Source: Planctomycetota bacterium | GTDB lineage: Bacteria; Planctomycetota; UBA8108; SXIK01 | Length of the DNA: 64,000 bases | Assembly: GCA_965223265.1 (NCBI GenBank) | Contig: OZ244999.1 | Coordinates: forward strand, 1-64,000 | Direction of reading: 5' to 3' | Part shown: one piece after another, positions 38,460-47,441 of the stretch | Numbering within the stretch: the first letter of the stretch is position 1 | Layout of the letters: each line of letters starts with the position of its first letter | Made by a program: the position numbers and the translations under genes | The notes under the pieces: model-generated | What the model saw: only the letters and a program-made list of their open reading frames with translations | What the model was told of the DNA's origin: nothing | Database searches by the model: none

Positions 38460-40508
38460 TCAGTACCCGAGCCTCTTGAGCGCCGCTTCGGTATCGGAGA
38501 GGAGCGGCGCCGCGGAAATCTTTTGGCCGACCGCCTGACGCATCCATTCCTGTGGGTAGATGCTGCCGAGCTGACACATGCGTTCCATTTCGCCAGCGAG
38601 CGGTTTGCCTTCGAGGTGCTTGCGCACCTGATAGGCGATGACGTAGCCGAGAGGGTACTCGGCCAAATAGAAGTCGCCCCAAAGCATGTGGCTGTACACC
38701 GACATGAGACCGTGGCCGTTCGGACCGAAGATGCGCGCGTAGTATTCGTCCCAGACTTCGTCGCCGATGGCGCGCGCGGCTTTCATGATGCGTGTAGGGG
38801 TTGCTTCCGGGTGGGCGTAGAGCCAGTGGTAGAGCCGAATTTCGGTGAGTGCGGCACCGGCGATTTCAAACGGTTGCCAAAAACGCTCGAGCGTGTCGGC
38901 GTCGAGCGACTTGCGCGTCCGCCGGCCCAGAATCTGGTCCGTACGATCTTGAAAGGTGAACGCGAAGCCTTCGGTGAACGCTGTGTTGGGAACCCCCCAC
39001 AGCACTTTGTAGTCCATCTCGTAACTGCTGAGCACCCCTTCGACGCAGTGGCCGAGTTCGTGCATGTACGTCTCGAAGTTGATTTCATCGCAGCCACGTT
39101 TGTCGACGCGGACACGGAGGAGCTGCTGATCGGTATCGTACGCGGGTGGCCAGGCGTGGCCCGCGGAGCGACCGTTGTCGACCCGGATCTTACTTTGAAT
39201 CCAACGAGCACGTTCCTTTCGCCAACCGAGTTTGACTAAGATGTCGGCGATCGCCTCATGCAGTGAATCTGCAGTTGGGAAACGCTTTCGAACGTCATAG
39301 CCAAGCGGAGTCTTCGCTTTGCCGTGGCGCGCAAAGCGTTTGTTGTAGACGTCGAATGGCTCAAGGTCGCGCCCTAAGTGATCGCGCAGGCATGCTGCGA
39401 CGCGTTCGGCTAGCGGCGAGGCGGTGATCGACGTCAGGATGTCGACGACTGTCTCCTCCGGCAGTTCTCGCGCCCCAAGAAACTTGTTGTCGATCAGGTT
39501 GCCATAATGGCGATACGGGTCAAGCTTGCGGTGGACCCGCCAGACCTTGTGAAATTTTTGCCAGCGCAGCGCACCGTGGCCCTGGGCGCGTCGCGATTTG
39601 CCGTTGAGCCTGATCGTGCCGCGCGGAATGTTCCACTCGGCGTTTGGCGTGCTGAGAACGTCGGCTGGAATTTCGCCATCGACGACTCGCTGCATCAGGG
39701 CGAGAAGAGCGCGCTGCTTGGGCAGTGCGTGGCGTGAGCCTTCAAGCTGCACGATGGTGTCGCGCAAATCCCAATGGGACACGAGGCTCGAGCTCTTCGG
39801 GAACTTGACGCGCGCATCACCAAAGTCATAGCGACCGACATGCAGGTTGTAGGCAGAGATGAAACGGTCGGCGTCGGTGCGCGCATTCGCGAACTCAGCT
39901 AGCAGCTTCGCCGGCACAACTTCGCGGCCGACGCGTCCAAGGCGTCGTGCGGCCCAGTCGATGCGGCGTCGCGGCGGCTTTCGATCGTCAGTGCCGAAAT
40001 TGAGCTGCGCAATCGCTGCGATGCCGGCGCGGCGATAGTCTTCCGAGAGATGTTGGTCGGGTGCGAACGCCGCGAGAATGTCCTCGGCTGCGAGCAGAGG
40101 GCGATCGGCGATGTCTTGACCGGCGCGCGTGACTTTCTCTGCCATCCCGAGACTGCCGGCGACCGCGTGATGGAACTCGTCGAGCCGAAGAATGAGCTGT
40201 CGTCGTTCCCGCCCGGGGGGAACGTATTGCGCCAGGCAAAACTGCTCGAACTGCTCGGCGGCGGCGTCACCGCGACTGCTGCCGCGACCGTTCCGGCGGC
40301 GAGCGCTGCCGAAATCCCAGACGCGGGCGCAAGCCTCGACCCCACGTACGATGTCTTGGCGTGTCTTCGCGCCGTGCTTTTTGGTGAGCTCGCGGACGAC
40401 GCGCTTCGTCAGCGCACTGTGCTCGCGGTGTTGCCGTTTGACCTTGGACACGGAACTCTTCTCCCAACACGCGTCTGCGGCCGGCCGACCCATCCGGCGG
40501 TGGATCAA
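38460..40508 (-). CDS. Putative gluzincin (M3/M2-like) zinc metallopeptidase
   Basis: HELGH followed by PNTAFTEGFA (third-ligand Glu) and YSHM...YPLG; start uncertain. Confidence 0.6.
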   Translation of the reverse strand: MIHRRMGRPAADACWEKSSVSKVKRQHREHSALTKRVVRELTKKHGAKTRQDIVRGVEACARVWDFGSARRRNGRGSSRGDAAAEQFEQFCLAQYVPPGRERRQLILRLDEFHHAVAGSLGMAEKVTRAGQDIADRPLLAAEDILAAFAPDQHLSEDYRRAGIAAIAQLNFGTDDRKPPRRRIDWAARRLGRVGREVVPAKLLAEFANARTDADRFISAYNLHVGRYDFGDARVKFPKSSSLVSHWDLRDTIVQLEGSRHALPKQRALLALMQRVVDGEIPADVLSTPNAEWNIPRGTIRLNGKSRRAQGHGALRWQKFHKVWRVHRKLDPYRHYGNLIDNKFLGARELPEETVVDILTSITASPLAERVAACLRDHLGRDLEPFDVYNKRFARHGKAKTPLGYDVRKRFPTADSLHEAIADILVKLGWRKERARWIQSKIRVDNGRSAGHAWPPAYDTDQQLLRVRVDKRGCDEINFETYMHELGHCVEGVLSSYEMDYKVLWGVPNTAFTEGFAFTFQDRTDQILGRRTRKSLDADTLERFWQPFEIAGAALTEIRLYHWLYAHPEATPTRIMKAARAIGDEVWDEYYARIFGPNGHGLMSVYSHMLWGDFYLAEYPLGYVIAYQVRKHLEGKPLAGEMERMCQLGSIYPQEWMRQAVGQKISAAPLLSDTEAALKRLGY

Positions 40509-40745
40509 TTTCTACCAGACGCTCGAGTTCGGTCAACCATCAATCAGCCGCTTCAGGCGCCGCGGTAAAGTGTGAGAGCGTTGACACGAGGGACGCGCCG
40601 CGGGGGCGTTAACACCGGTTTCTCAGTCGAATGTTCGATTCAGCGGGTTCAGGTTTTCTCGATGCGGGCGCTATACTGTTTGCGAACGTGAATCGTGGAT
40701 TCGGATCGGCTCGGAGGCAAACGAGGGCGACGAGATAGAGTCTAC

Positions 40746-43073
40746 ATGAGGCACGAAGACACGCAGCGAACTGCGGCATCGAAGCGGAGCGTCACGCGGG
40801 CGAGACAACCCGTGCGCCGCGACACAGCCATCGAAGAGTGGCCCGACGCCGGGATAGTCGTCTACGGCGGTCCCGGCGACCCACAGCCATCGGTCCGCGT
40901 CGAAGCCGGGCGCATCGTGGAAATCGATGGTCGAACAGAGTCTGAGTTCGACATGATCGACCACTTCATCGCGCTTCACGCCCTCGACGCGGAGGTGTGT
41001 GAGGAAGCGATGGCGCTGGCGCCGCTCGAGCTTGCGAAGCGTCTTTTTGATCCCGCGACTCCTGCGTCTGAAGTGCGTCGCCTCTTTTCAGGTTTGACTC
41101 CGGCGCGCCTGGTCGAGGTGATCTGGCAGCTGGACGTCTTGGAGATGATGTTGGCGCTCCGCAAGATGCGACTTCGTGAACGCGTCGCCAATCAGGCGCA
41201 CGTCACGAATCGGCGCGAGCATCCGGCTCTCCTAGCGGCTGACGCTGCTGAGGCGGCGCGACGCGGCTTTGCCGAGGTCGAAACTACGGTGGGCGTTGCG
41301 CCTCTTGCGCCGCTCAATGCGATCGCGACTCTGATCGGTGCTCAGGTCGGTCGCCCGGGTGTACTCACACAAGCAGCTGTCGAAGAGAGCGTCAACTTGC
41401 GTCTCGCCCTCAAAGGGCTTGTCAGCTACGCGGAGACACTGTCGGTCTACGGCAGCGCCCAAGCGTTTCGCGACGGCGATGACACGCCTTGGTCGAAGTC
41501 GTTTCTGGCCGCAGCTTACGCGTCGCGGGGTGTCAAGGTACGCTTCACTTCCGGCAGCGGTTCCGAGGTTCTCATGGGACACGCCGAGCGCTGCTCGATG
41601 CTCTATCTTGAAGCGAGGTGTCTCCTTTGCATCAAGGGAGCCGGCAGCCAAGGCGTTCAAAACGGTGCGATCAGCTGCATCGCGCTGCCGCTGGCGCTAC
41701 CAGCCGGAATCCGCGCCGTCCTGGCGGAGAATCTCATGGCCTCGAGCCTGGGGCTTGAGCTGGCGAGTGGCAACGACGCGCTCTCGTCGCACTCAGACTT
41801 GCGCAAGTCGGCGAAGCTTATGCTGCAGTTTCTGCCGGGAACGGACTTCGTCACGTCGGGATACAGCCTCATGCCGCGCGGCGACAATCTCTTCGGCGGA
41901 GGGAACTTCGACGCAGACGATCTCGACGCGTGGACATCTCTGCAGCGCGACTTTCAGATCGACGGCGGCATAACGCCGGTAGCCGAAGACGAGATCGCTT
42001 GTGTTCGGAGGCGCGCGGCGCAGGCGATTCAATCGGTTTACGACGAGCTTGACCTGCCAGCGGTCGGCGACGACGAAGTCGAAGCCGCGGTGCTGGCATA
42101 TGACAGTACCGATTTGCCGGCGCGCAGCCTGGCGGATGACTCGGTTGCCGCGGAGAAGTTCTTTCAGTCCGACGCGACGATTGTCGATCTTGCCGCAGCG
42201 CTCGCTCGTCGTGGCTATGAGCCGGAGGCGCGCGCCCTACTGGCGCTGGCCAGGCAGCGCGCAGCGGGCGACTATTTGCAGCCGGCGGCGATCCTCTCGC
42301 GGCGCGGAGACGATCTGGTCGCCGAGAGTGCGATCAACACGCCGCTCGATTACCACGGTCCGGGCAGCGGGTACCGCGTCGCCGGTCAGCGTTGGGATGA
42401 GCTGAAGGACCTGCCGCACGCCAGCGCTCCTGCAGCGCTGGTTGGTGGAGGTCAAGACAACGATTTGCTCTTCGACGAGCTCGAGCCCGCCGCGGCGGGT
42501 CGAGACGTGGAAGTCGTCGTCGCGGTCGGGCCAGCGTTTGCTCGACACTTGTGGACGACGCTTGCGGGGTTGAGCCATCGCGAAGTCATCGCCGCGCTGT
42601 TGACAGGTGTTTCGGCGGAAGATGTTCACTGTCGCTTCGTGCGCGTGCTCGACACCGCCGACTGTGCGTTTTTGGGGCACCATGCCGCCCAGATTTCCGG
42701 CTCCGGAATCGCCGTCGGTCTTCAGTCTCGCGGTACGGCGGTGATTCATCGTCGTGACCTAGCCCCGCTCGACAACCTCGAGCTTCTCAGTCAGTCTCCC
42801 AACGCGTCGGTGGAGACGTATGTGGCGCTTGGACGGAACGCCGCTCGCTACGCCAAGGGACTGTCGCCTGAGCCTGTGCCTATTCGTATTGACAATACTG
42901 CCCGCTTGAAGCACATCGTCCACACAACGCTCATGCACCGCGTTGAAGTTGACGCGGTGCGGGCGGGCGCGCCGCCGATCGAGCTTCGACTGCGCGACGC
43001 CGCGTTGACAGCCGCAGCTGACGCCGCCCCAATACCACCAACACCGACGTCGCGTGGGGAGGGCGAAGGGTAA
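40746..43073 (+). CDS. pduC: Adenosylcobalamin-dependent diol/glycerol dehydratase, fused large+medium subunits
   Basis: QAHVTN, ETTV, YAETLSVYG, DGDDTPWSK, RFTSGSGSE, QNG.ISC, FLPGTDF (large subunit) in frame with VAVGPAF, SGSGIAVGLQSRGT, NLEL, GRNAARYAKG (medium subunit). Confidence 0.92.
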   Translation: MRHEDTQRTAASKRSVTRARQPVRRDTAIEEWPDAGIVVYGGPGDPQPSVRVEAGRIVEIDGRTESEFDMIDHFIALHALDAEVCEEAMALAPLELAKRLFDPATPASEVRRLFSGLTPARLVEVIWQLDVLEMMLALRKMRLRERVANQAHVTNRREHPALLAADAAEAARRGFAEVETTVGVAPLAPLNAIATLIGAQVGRPGVLTQAAVEESVNLRLALKGLVSYAETLSVYGSAQAFRDGDDTPWSKSFLAAAYASRGVKVRFTSGSGSEVLMGHAERCSMLYLEARCLLCIKGAGSQGVQNGAISCIALPLALPAGIRAVLAENLMASSLGLELASGNDALSSHSDLRKSAKLMLQFLPGTDFVTSGYSLMPRGDNLFGGGNFDADDLDAWTSLQRDFQIDGGITPVAEDEIACVRRRAAQAIQSVYDELDLPAVGDDEVEAAVLAYDSTDLPARSLADDSVAAEKFFQSDATIVDLAAALARRGYEPEARALLALARQRAAGDYLQPAAILSRRGDDLVAESAINTPLDYHGPGSGYRVAGQRWDELKDLPHASAPAALVGGGQDNDLLFDELEPAAAGRDVEVVVAVGPAFARHLWTTLAGLSHREVIAALLTGVSAEDVHCRFVRVLDTADCAFLGHHAAQISGSGIAVGLQSRGTAVIHRRDLAPLDNLELLSQSPNASVETYVALGRNAARYAKGLSPEPVPIRIDNTARLKHIVHTTLMHRVEVDAVRAGAPPIELRLRDAALTAAADAAPIPPTPTSRGEGEG

Positions 43074-43468
43074 TGGCAAATCAGTATCCGCTCTATGAGC
43101 ACTCGCGCGACACGCTTCGATTGCCGAATGGTCGGCCGATCAGCGCGGTGTCGCTTGAAGCCCTGCGGTGCGGAGATGTTGGCTCGGATGCCATCGGCAT
43201 TCGCGCCGAGACGCTTCTGGAGCAAGCGCGCATCGCGGCGGAGTCCGGGTTCGCGCAGCTCGCCGAGAATCTGCGCCGTGCCGCCGAGCTTGCGTCGGTT
43301 CCAGACGAGGAGGTCTTGAAGCTCTACGAAGCGTTGAGGCCCGGTCGCAGCACGAGCGCCGAGCTTGAGGCGCTCGCGACACATATTGAGACGCAGTACG
43401 CTGCACCACTGACCGCAGCGTTTTTTCGTGAAGCCGCGGCCTTCGGAGTTTCGCCGGAGGCTTCATGA
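43073..43468 (+). CDS. pduE: Diol/glycerol dehydratase small subunit
   Basis: YPL, ETL..QA.IA, ENLRRAAEL..VPD...YEALRP.RST, AAFFREAA; TAATG overlap with the upstream gene. Confidence 0.92.
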   Translation: MANQYPLYEHSRDTLRLPNGRPISAVSLEALRCGDVGSDAIGIRAETLLEQARIAAESGFAQLAENLRRAAELASVPDEEVLKLYEALRPGRSTSAELEALATHIETQYAAPLTAAFFREAAAFGVSPEAS

Positions 43469-43589
43469 TCCGTGGCGCGGCGCGGGCATCGAGATGTCGA
43501 TCCAGTTCGCCTGTGGGTTCTGCACGTCGATGTGAAGGACCCACGGGCGAGTCGCCGCATCAAAGATGCGTGATTCGGTGGAGTCATCG

Positions 43590-44723
43590 ATGAGATTCAG
43601 TTTCGCCCTTTTGGTCGGTCTCGCGTCGTTCGAACTCATCACCAGTGCTTTAGGATGCTGTTCCATGGCAGCTAGCGAAGTGAAATCGCCTGTTCGCAGC
43701 GACGAAGAGGTGCTGCTCTACCCGACGTACGGAGCCCTCTCTCCGGATGGTCGCGACTGGGTGTTCTCGCTCCATGGACGCATCTACGAGCCCGAGGAAA
43801 ATAGCCTCAAACGTGCCGCGTTGCTGTCACTTTTGAGACGTGCGATTGGTCTTGAGAAACGCGCGTCCGAGACGGAGGCGTTTCGCGAGAGAGCGCGCCT
43901 GTTCCTTGTCGACAACGAACGCGGCAAACGTGTCCCGGTGCGTTTCGGTGAACGCGAATTGCGGCTGCGTGCGTCGCGGCCGAATGGGCATTTTACCGAC
44001 ACCGGACGCCTCGGTGTTGTTGACGCGGAAAAGGTCAGCGACACAATGGCCGGCGGCCACCAGCTACGAGTCGAAACTATTTTGCGACCGGGCGATGCGC
44101 GACGTTTCGTCGGACGTATCCATCTGCTGCCGCGAGACGGCCTGAGCGTGGTTTCAGACATCGACGACACGATCAAGATCAGCGAGGTGCTCGACCGCGA
44201 CGCCCTGCTCCGCAACACCTTTCTAGAACCATACGCGGCCGTCGATGGAATGCCTCGCCTTTACAAGGACCTTGCCAAGGGCGGCGCCAGTTTTCACTAT
44301 GTCTCGAATTCGCCATGGCAGCTCTATCAGCCGCTCGACGAGTGGGCGCGCCAAGCGGGATTTCCTCTCGGAACCTACCACCTGCGCCATTTTCGCTGGA
44401 AGGATAGCAGTTTCGTTCGTTTCGTGGCCAGTAGCGGAAGTCACAAAAAAACGACGATCGAAGCGTTGATGAGAACGTATCCGCAGAGGCGTTTTCTTCT
44501 CGTTGGCGACTGTGGCGAGCAGGACCCTGAGATCTACGGCGACCTGGCGCGGCGCCACCCTGGGCAGATTGTGATGATCCTACTGCGCGAAGTGCGAGCC
44601 GAGGGGACGAACAGCGAGCGCCTCGAAACTGCTTTGCGCGAAGTGCCGCATCAAAAGTGGCGCGTTTTCACCACGCCGGGGGAAATCGACGCCGAGTCGC
44701 TGACTGCACTGACCGGCCGATGA
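43590..44723 (+). CDS. App1-family (DUF2183) phosphatidate phosphatase-like HAD protein
   Basis: VVSDIDDTIK, YVSNSPWQLY, GFP.G, LVGDCGEQDPEIY; hydrophobic N-terminus. Confidence 0.85.
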   Translation: MRFSFALLVGLASFELITSALGCCSMAASEVKSPVRSDEEVLLYPTYGALSPDGRDWVFSLHGRIYEPEENSLKRAALLSLLRRAIGLEKRASETEAFRERARLFLVDNERGKRVPVRFGERELRLRASRPNGHFTDTGRLGVVDAEKVSDTMAGGHQLRVETILRPGDARRFVGRIHLLPRDGLSVVSDIDDTIKISEVLDRDALLRNTFLEPYAAVDGMPRLYKDLAKGGASFHYVSNSPWQLYQPLDEWARQAGFPLGTYHLRHFRWKDSSFVRFVASSGSHKKTTIEALMRTYPQRRFLLVGDCGEQDPEIYGDLARRHPGQIVMILLREVRAEGTNSERLETALREVPHQKWRVFTTPGEIDAESLTALTGR

Positions 44724-44771
44724 TCTTCTCGAGCATATCCCATCTCGGCTTTAGAAACCGTTCAGATTCAG

Positions 44772-45935
44772 CTAGCGCAAGGGCGACACTGAGCGACGCG
44801 ATTCCGGCAGGCGGCCATCGTTCTTTGCCCGGCGCTTGAGGAACGCAAGCCGATAACGCTCCTGCATGCTGCGTTCCTGCGGCTGGCGCACGATCCAAGA
44901 ACCACTCGGGGTCGTCAGCCTGACGTGGTGGCCAGAACTGCCGCCAATCGCTGCCAACTTCGGCGCGGCGTGCTGTCCTAGCATCACGTTCCCTTGTGGA
45001 ACTTCGCGCAAGCGCACCAAGGTCTTCTGGAGAGGGACGCGCGTCGGCTCGCCGCGGTGCGGGCCTCCAGGCGAGTGACCGCGCGCACGCATGCGACGGA
45101 ACGTGATTTGCGGGAGACTCGTCCACGTTCCCGAACTCAGGTTCGACCACTCCAGACGAAAAGAATCGGCCGTGTCAGCGAAGGTGACGATGAGCGTGTC
45201 GTCCGCCAGGCGACCGGTCGACCAATTCGTGTGACGGCCGGCGTCGCGCTGAGAGTGCGTCATGGACGACAGCGTTAGCACCCAGTCTTCGTTGTTGACG
45301 CTTCCCGGCGCGTAAAGATGATAGCGGCCCATCGACCAAGTGGAGCTCTTGTGGCGACGGTCCTGGGAGACGTGGACGCTCTCGATTTCTACGGTGCCGA
45401 ACTCGGTTGCGTCCTCACTGAACGCTATCTGTTTGTTGATGCTGCTGCGGAATCGGATGTGCCACTGTGTGGAGGCATCTTGTCGACCAGTGAATGCGCC
45501 TGCGAGTATGTTCCGCTTCACCACCGGTTGCTTTCGCGCCCGGCGGATTTGAGGTGGAGCGAGAGGGTCGCGCTCGAGGGATTCACCGAGGAGGACGGTT
45601 CGAACGTCGCTGCGTCGTAGCCTCTCGCGCGCGAACGTGACGTCATCGTGTTTGACGAAGAAGACAAGCTCGTCGCCGTAGGCGCGCAGAAAATAGACCT
45701 CGACACGGCGGCCGTCTTTGAGAACCAGCACGTCGGAGTTCGGCTGCACCTCGAACTCTTTCATCTCGAAGCGGCTTTGCAACTCGTCTGGGATCATGTC
45801 CGGATGCACGCCTTCAACTGGGGCCGCCATCTCCTCGGGCTGCGAGCTTTGACCTCGAACTGGCGAATTCAGGATGATGGAACCCGCCGTCATCACGGCA
45901 GCGATGATCGCGACTCGATGTACCCTTGAGTTCAT
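44772..45935 (-). CDS. Hypothetical exported protein
   Basis: ATG 45935 with purine-rich RBS; signal-peptide-like N-terminus; DVLVLKDGRRV motif. Confidence 0.6.
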   Translation of the reverse strand: MNSRVHRVAIIAAVMTAGSIILNSPVRGQSSQPEEMAAPVEGVHPDMIPDELQSRFEMKEFEVQPNSDVLVLKDGRRVEVYFLRAYGDELVFFVKHDDVTFARERLRRSDVRTVLLGESLERDPLAPPQIRRARKQPVVKRNILAGAFTGRQDASTQWHIRFRSSINKQIAFSEDATEFGTVEIESVHVSQDRRHKSSTWSMGRYHLYAPGSVNNEDWVLTLSSMTHSQRDAGRHTNWSTGRLADDTLIVTFADTADSFRLEWSNLSSGTWTSLPQITFRRMRARGHSPGGPHRGEPTRVPLQKTLVRLREVPQGNVMLGQHAAPKLAAIGGSSGHHVRLTTPSGSWIVRQPQERSMQERYRLAFLKRRAKNDGRLPESRRSVSPLR

Positions 45936-46072
45936 GTCCCCTGTTCCTTTCAGGCAGCCGGTTGGTCGAGAAAAGCACCGCCCTGTTGTCCGTTTCGACG
46001 GTGACACGCCGCGCGGGATTCACGAGAATATAGGGGGGAGTCTCAAGTGTAACTCACAGCAGGAGATAGTCG

Positions 46073-46915
46073 ATGATCCTGGAGATCCAGGACGCCACCC
46101 TCCACAGCTTCACAACTCACTTTCGCCTGGCGACGCCGGCTGCCCTCGGCGGCGCGCCGCCCTCAATTCAGCTGGAGGCCATCTCTCGAGCGTTCGCGCA
46201 GATTCCCTATGAGAACCTGACGAAGGTGATCGCGCGGTCGCAGCGCTGCGGTGAGACAGCGTTCCGGCTGCCGGACGAGGTCCTTCTCGATCATTTCGCC
46301 CACGGCACGGGTGGCACCTGCTTTTCGTTGACGGCGGCGATGCTCGCCGTGCTCCGCTCGCTGGGCTGGCGGGCGGAGCCGATTCTCGCCGACCGCCACT
46401 ACGGCGCGGACACGCACTGCGCCCTCTTGGTCTGGGTCGACGGCGTGCCCCATCTTCTCGATCCTGGCTACCTGATTCTGCAGCCGGTGCGAATCGATGT
46501 GGCAGCTGCGACGACGATCCATACAGCGTTTAGCGAGCTCCGACTGGAGCCGCTGGCGAGTGGCGCTCGATTGCAGCTGTCGACCGTCCAGAAACACGGG
46601 CTGACGCCACGATTGACGTACAAGACTGCGGCCGTCGACCCGGGTGACTTTCAGCGTGCGTGGGCGCGGTCGTTCGACTGGGACATGATGCGCTACCCTG
46701 TCCTCACGTGTGTTGCCGGCGATTCCCAGATCTATCTTCAAGGCAGGCGTCTTCAACGGCGCGATCACACAGGTGCGACGCGGCGTGAGCTGTCAGATGC
46801 GGAGTTGACGACAGCGATGAAGGAGCAGTTCGGCATCGAAGCGACCATTGCAGCGCGCGCGCTGCGGATCCTCGAGAAGCAAGGAGAGTTCGGTGGCCGT
46901 ACCACGCCCTCCTGA
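46073..46915 (+). CDS. Arylamine N-acetyltransferase family protein
   Basis: IPYENL, GGTCFSL (Cys), THCALLV (His), LLDPGY (Asp) triad; AGGAG RBS. Confidence 0.85.
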   Translation: MILEIQDATLHSFTTHFRLATPAALGGAPPSIQLEAISRAFAQIPYENLTKVIARSQRCGETAFRLPDEVLLDHFAHGTGGTCFSLTAAMLAVLRSLGWRAEPILADRHYGADTHCALLVWVDGVPHLLDPGYLILQPVRIDVAAATTIHTAFSELRLEPLASGARLQLSTVQKHGLTPRLTYKTAAVDPGDFQRAWARSFDWDMMRYPVLTCVAGDSQIYLQGRRLQRRDHTGATRRELSDAELTTAMKEQFGIEATIAARALRILEKQGEFGGRTTPS

Positions 46916-47441
46916 TCCAGTGAAGGTGGTTGCAGCCATCCTTTGGTCCCCAGCGGCTGATCTGGACGCGTTGAAGGAACGTATCGCGCGCACGTGGGGA
47001 CGGATCGATTTTGAAGGTCCTGATCGACCGTTTGTTGTCACGGAGTACTACGCCCCGGAGATGGGACTAGACCTGAAGCGGCGCTTGGTTTCGATCGACG
47101 TTCTTGTGGCCCCCGAGGATCTCATCGAGCTGAAGAGGCAAGCGAATGCTATGGAAGATGCCTGCAGCGGCGTGCGTGGGCGGCTGGTGAACATCGATGT
47201 TGGATACCTCGACTATCACAAGCTCGTTCTAGGGTCGGGGAAGTTTGACGCGCAGAAGATTCATTTGGGTGACGGGATCTACGCTGATATTGTCTGTCGC
47301 TACTCCGAGGGGAAGTTTCACCCGTACGAGTGGACGTTCCCGGATTTTCGTGAGCGACTTTACGACGATGAGCTGCTGGCGATGCGGCGTCTCTACAAAG
47401 CACAGTTGCGCATCCTGAGGGCCGGTTCCGATGTGGTGTAA
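46893..47441 (+). CDS. DUF4416 family protein
   Basis: GTG start after AAGGAG; YYAPEMG, LIELK..AN, NIDVGYL, IHLGDGIYA, WTFPDF. Confidence 0.8.
   Translation: MAVPRPPDPVKVVAAILWSPAADLDALKERIARTWGRIDFEGPDRPFVVTEYYAPEMGLDLKRRLVSIDVLVAPEDLIELKRQANAMEDACSGVRGRLVNIDVGYLDYHKLVLGSGKFDAQKIHLGDGIYADIVCRYSEGKFHPYEWTFPDFRERLYDDELLAMRRLYKAQLRILRAGSDVV

Noticed and set aside
40509-40745. Possible cobalamin riboswitch before the dehydratase
   Set aside because: No B12-box-like motifs seen.
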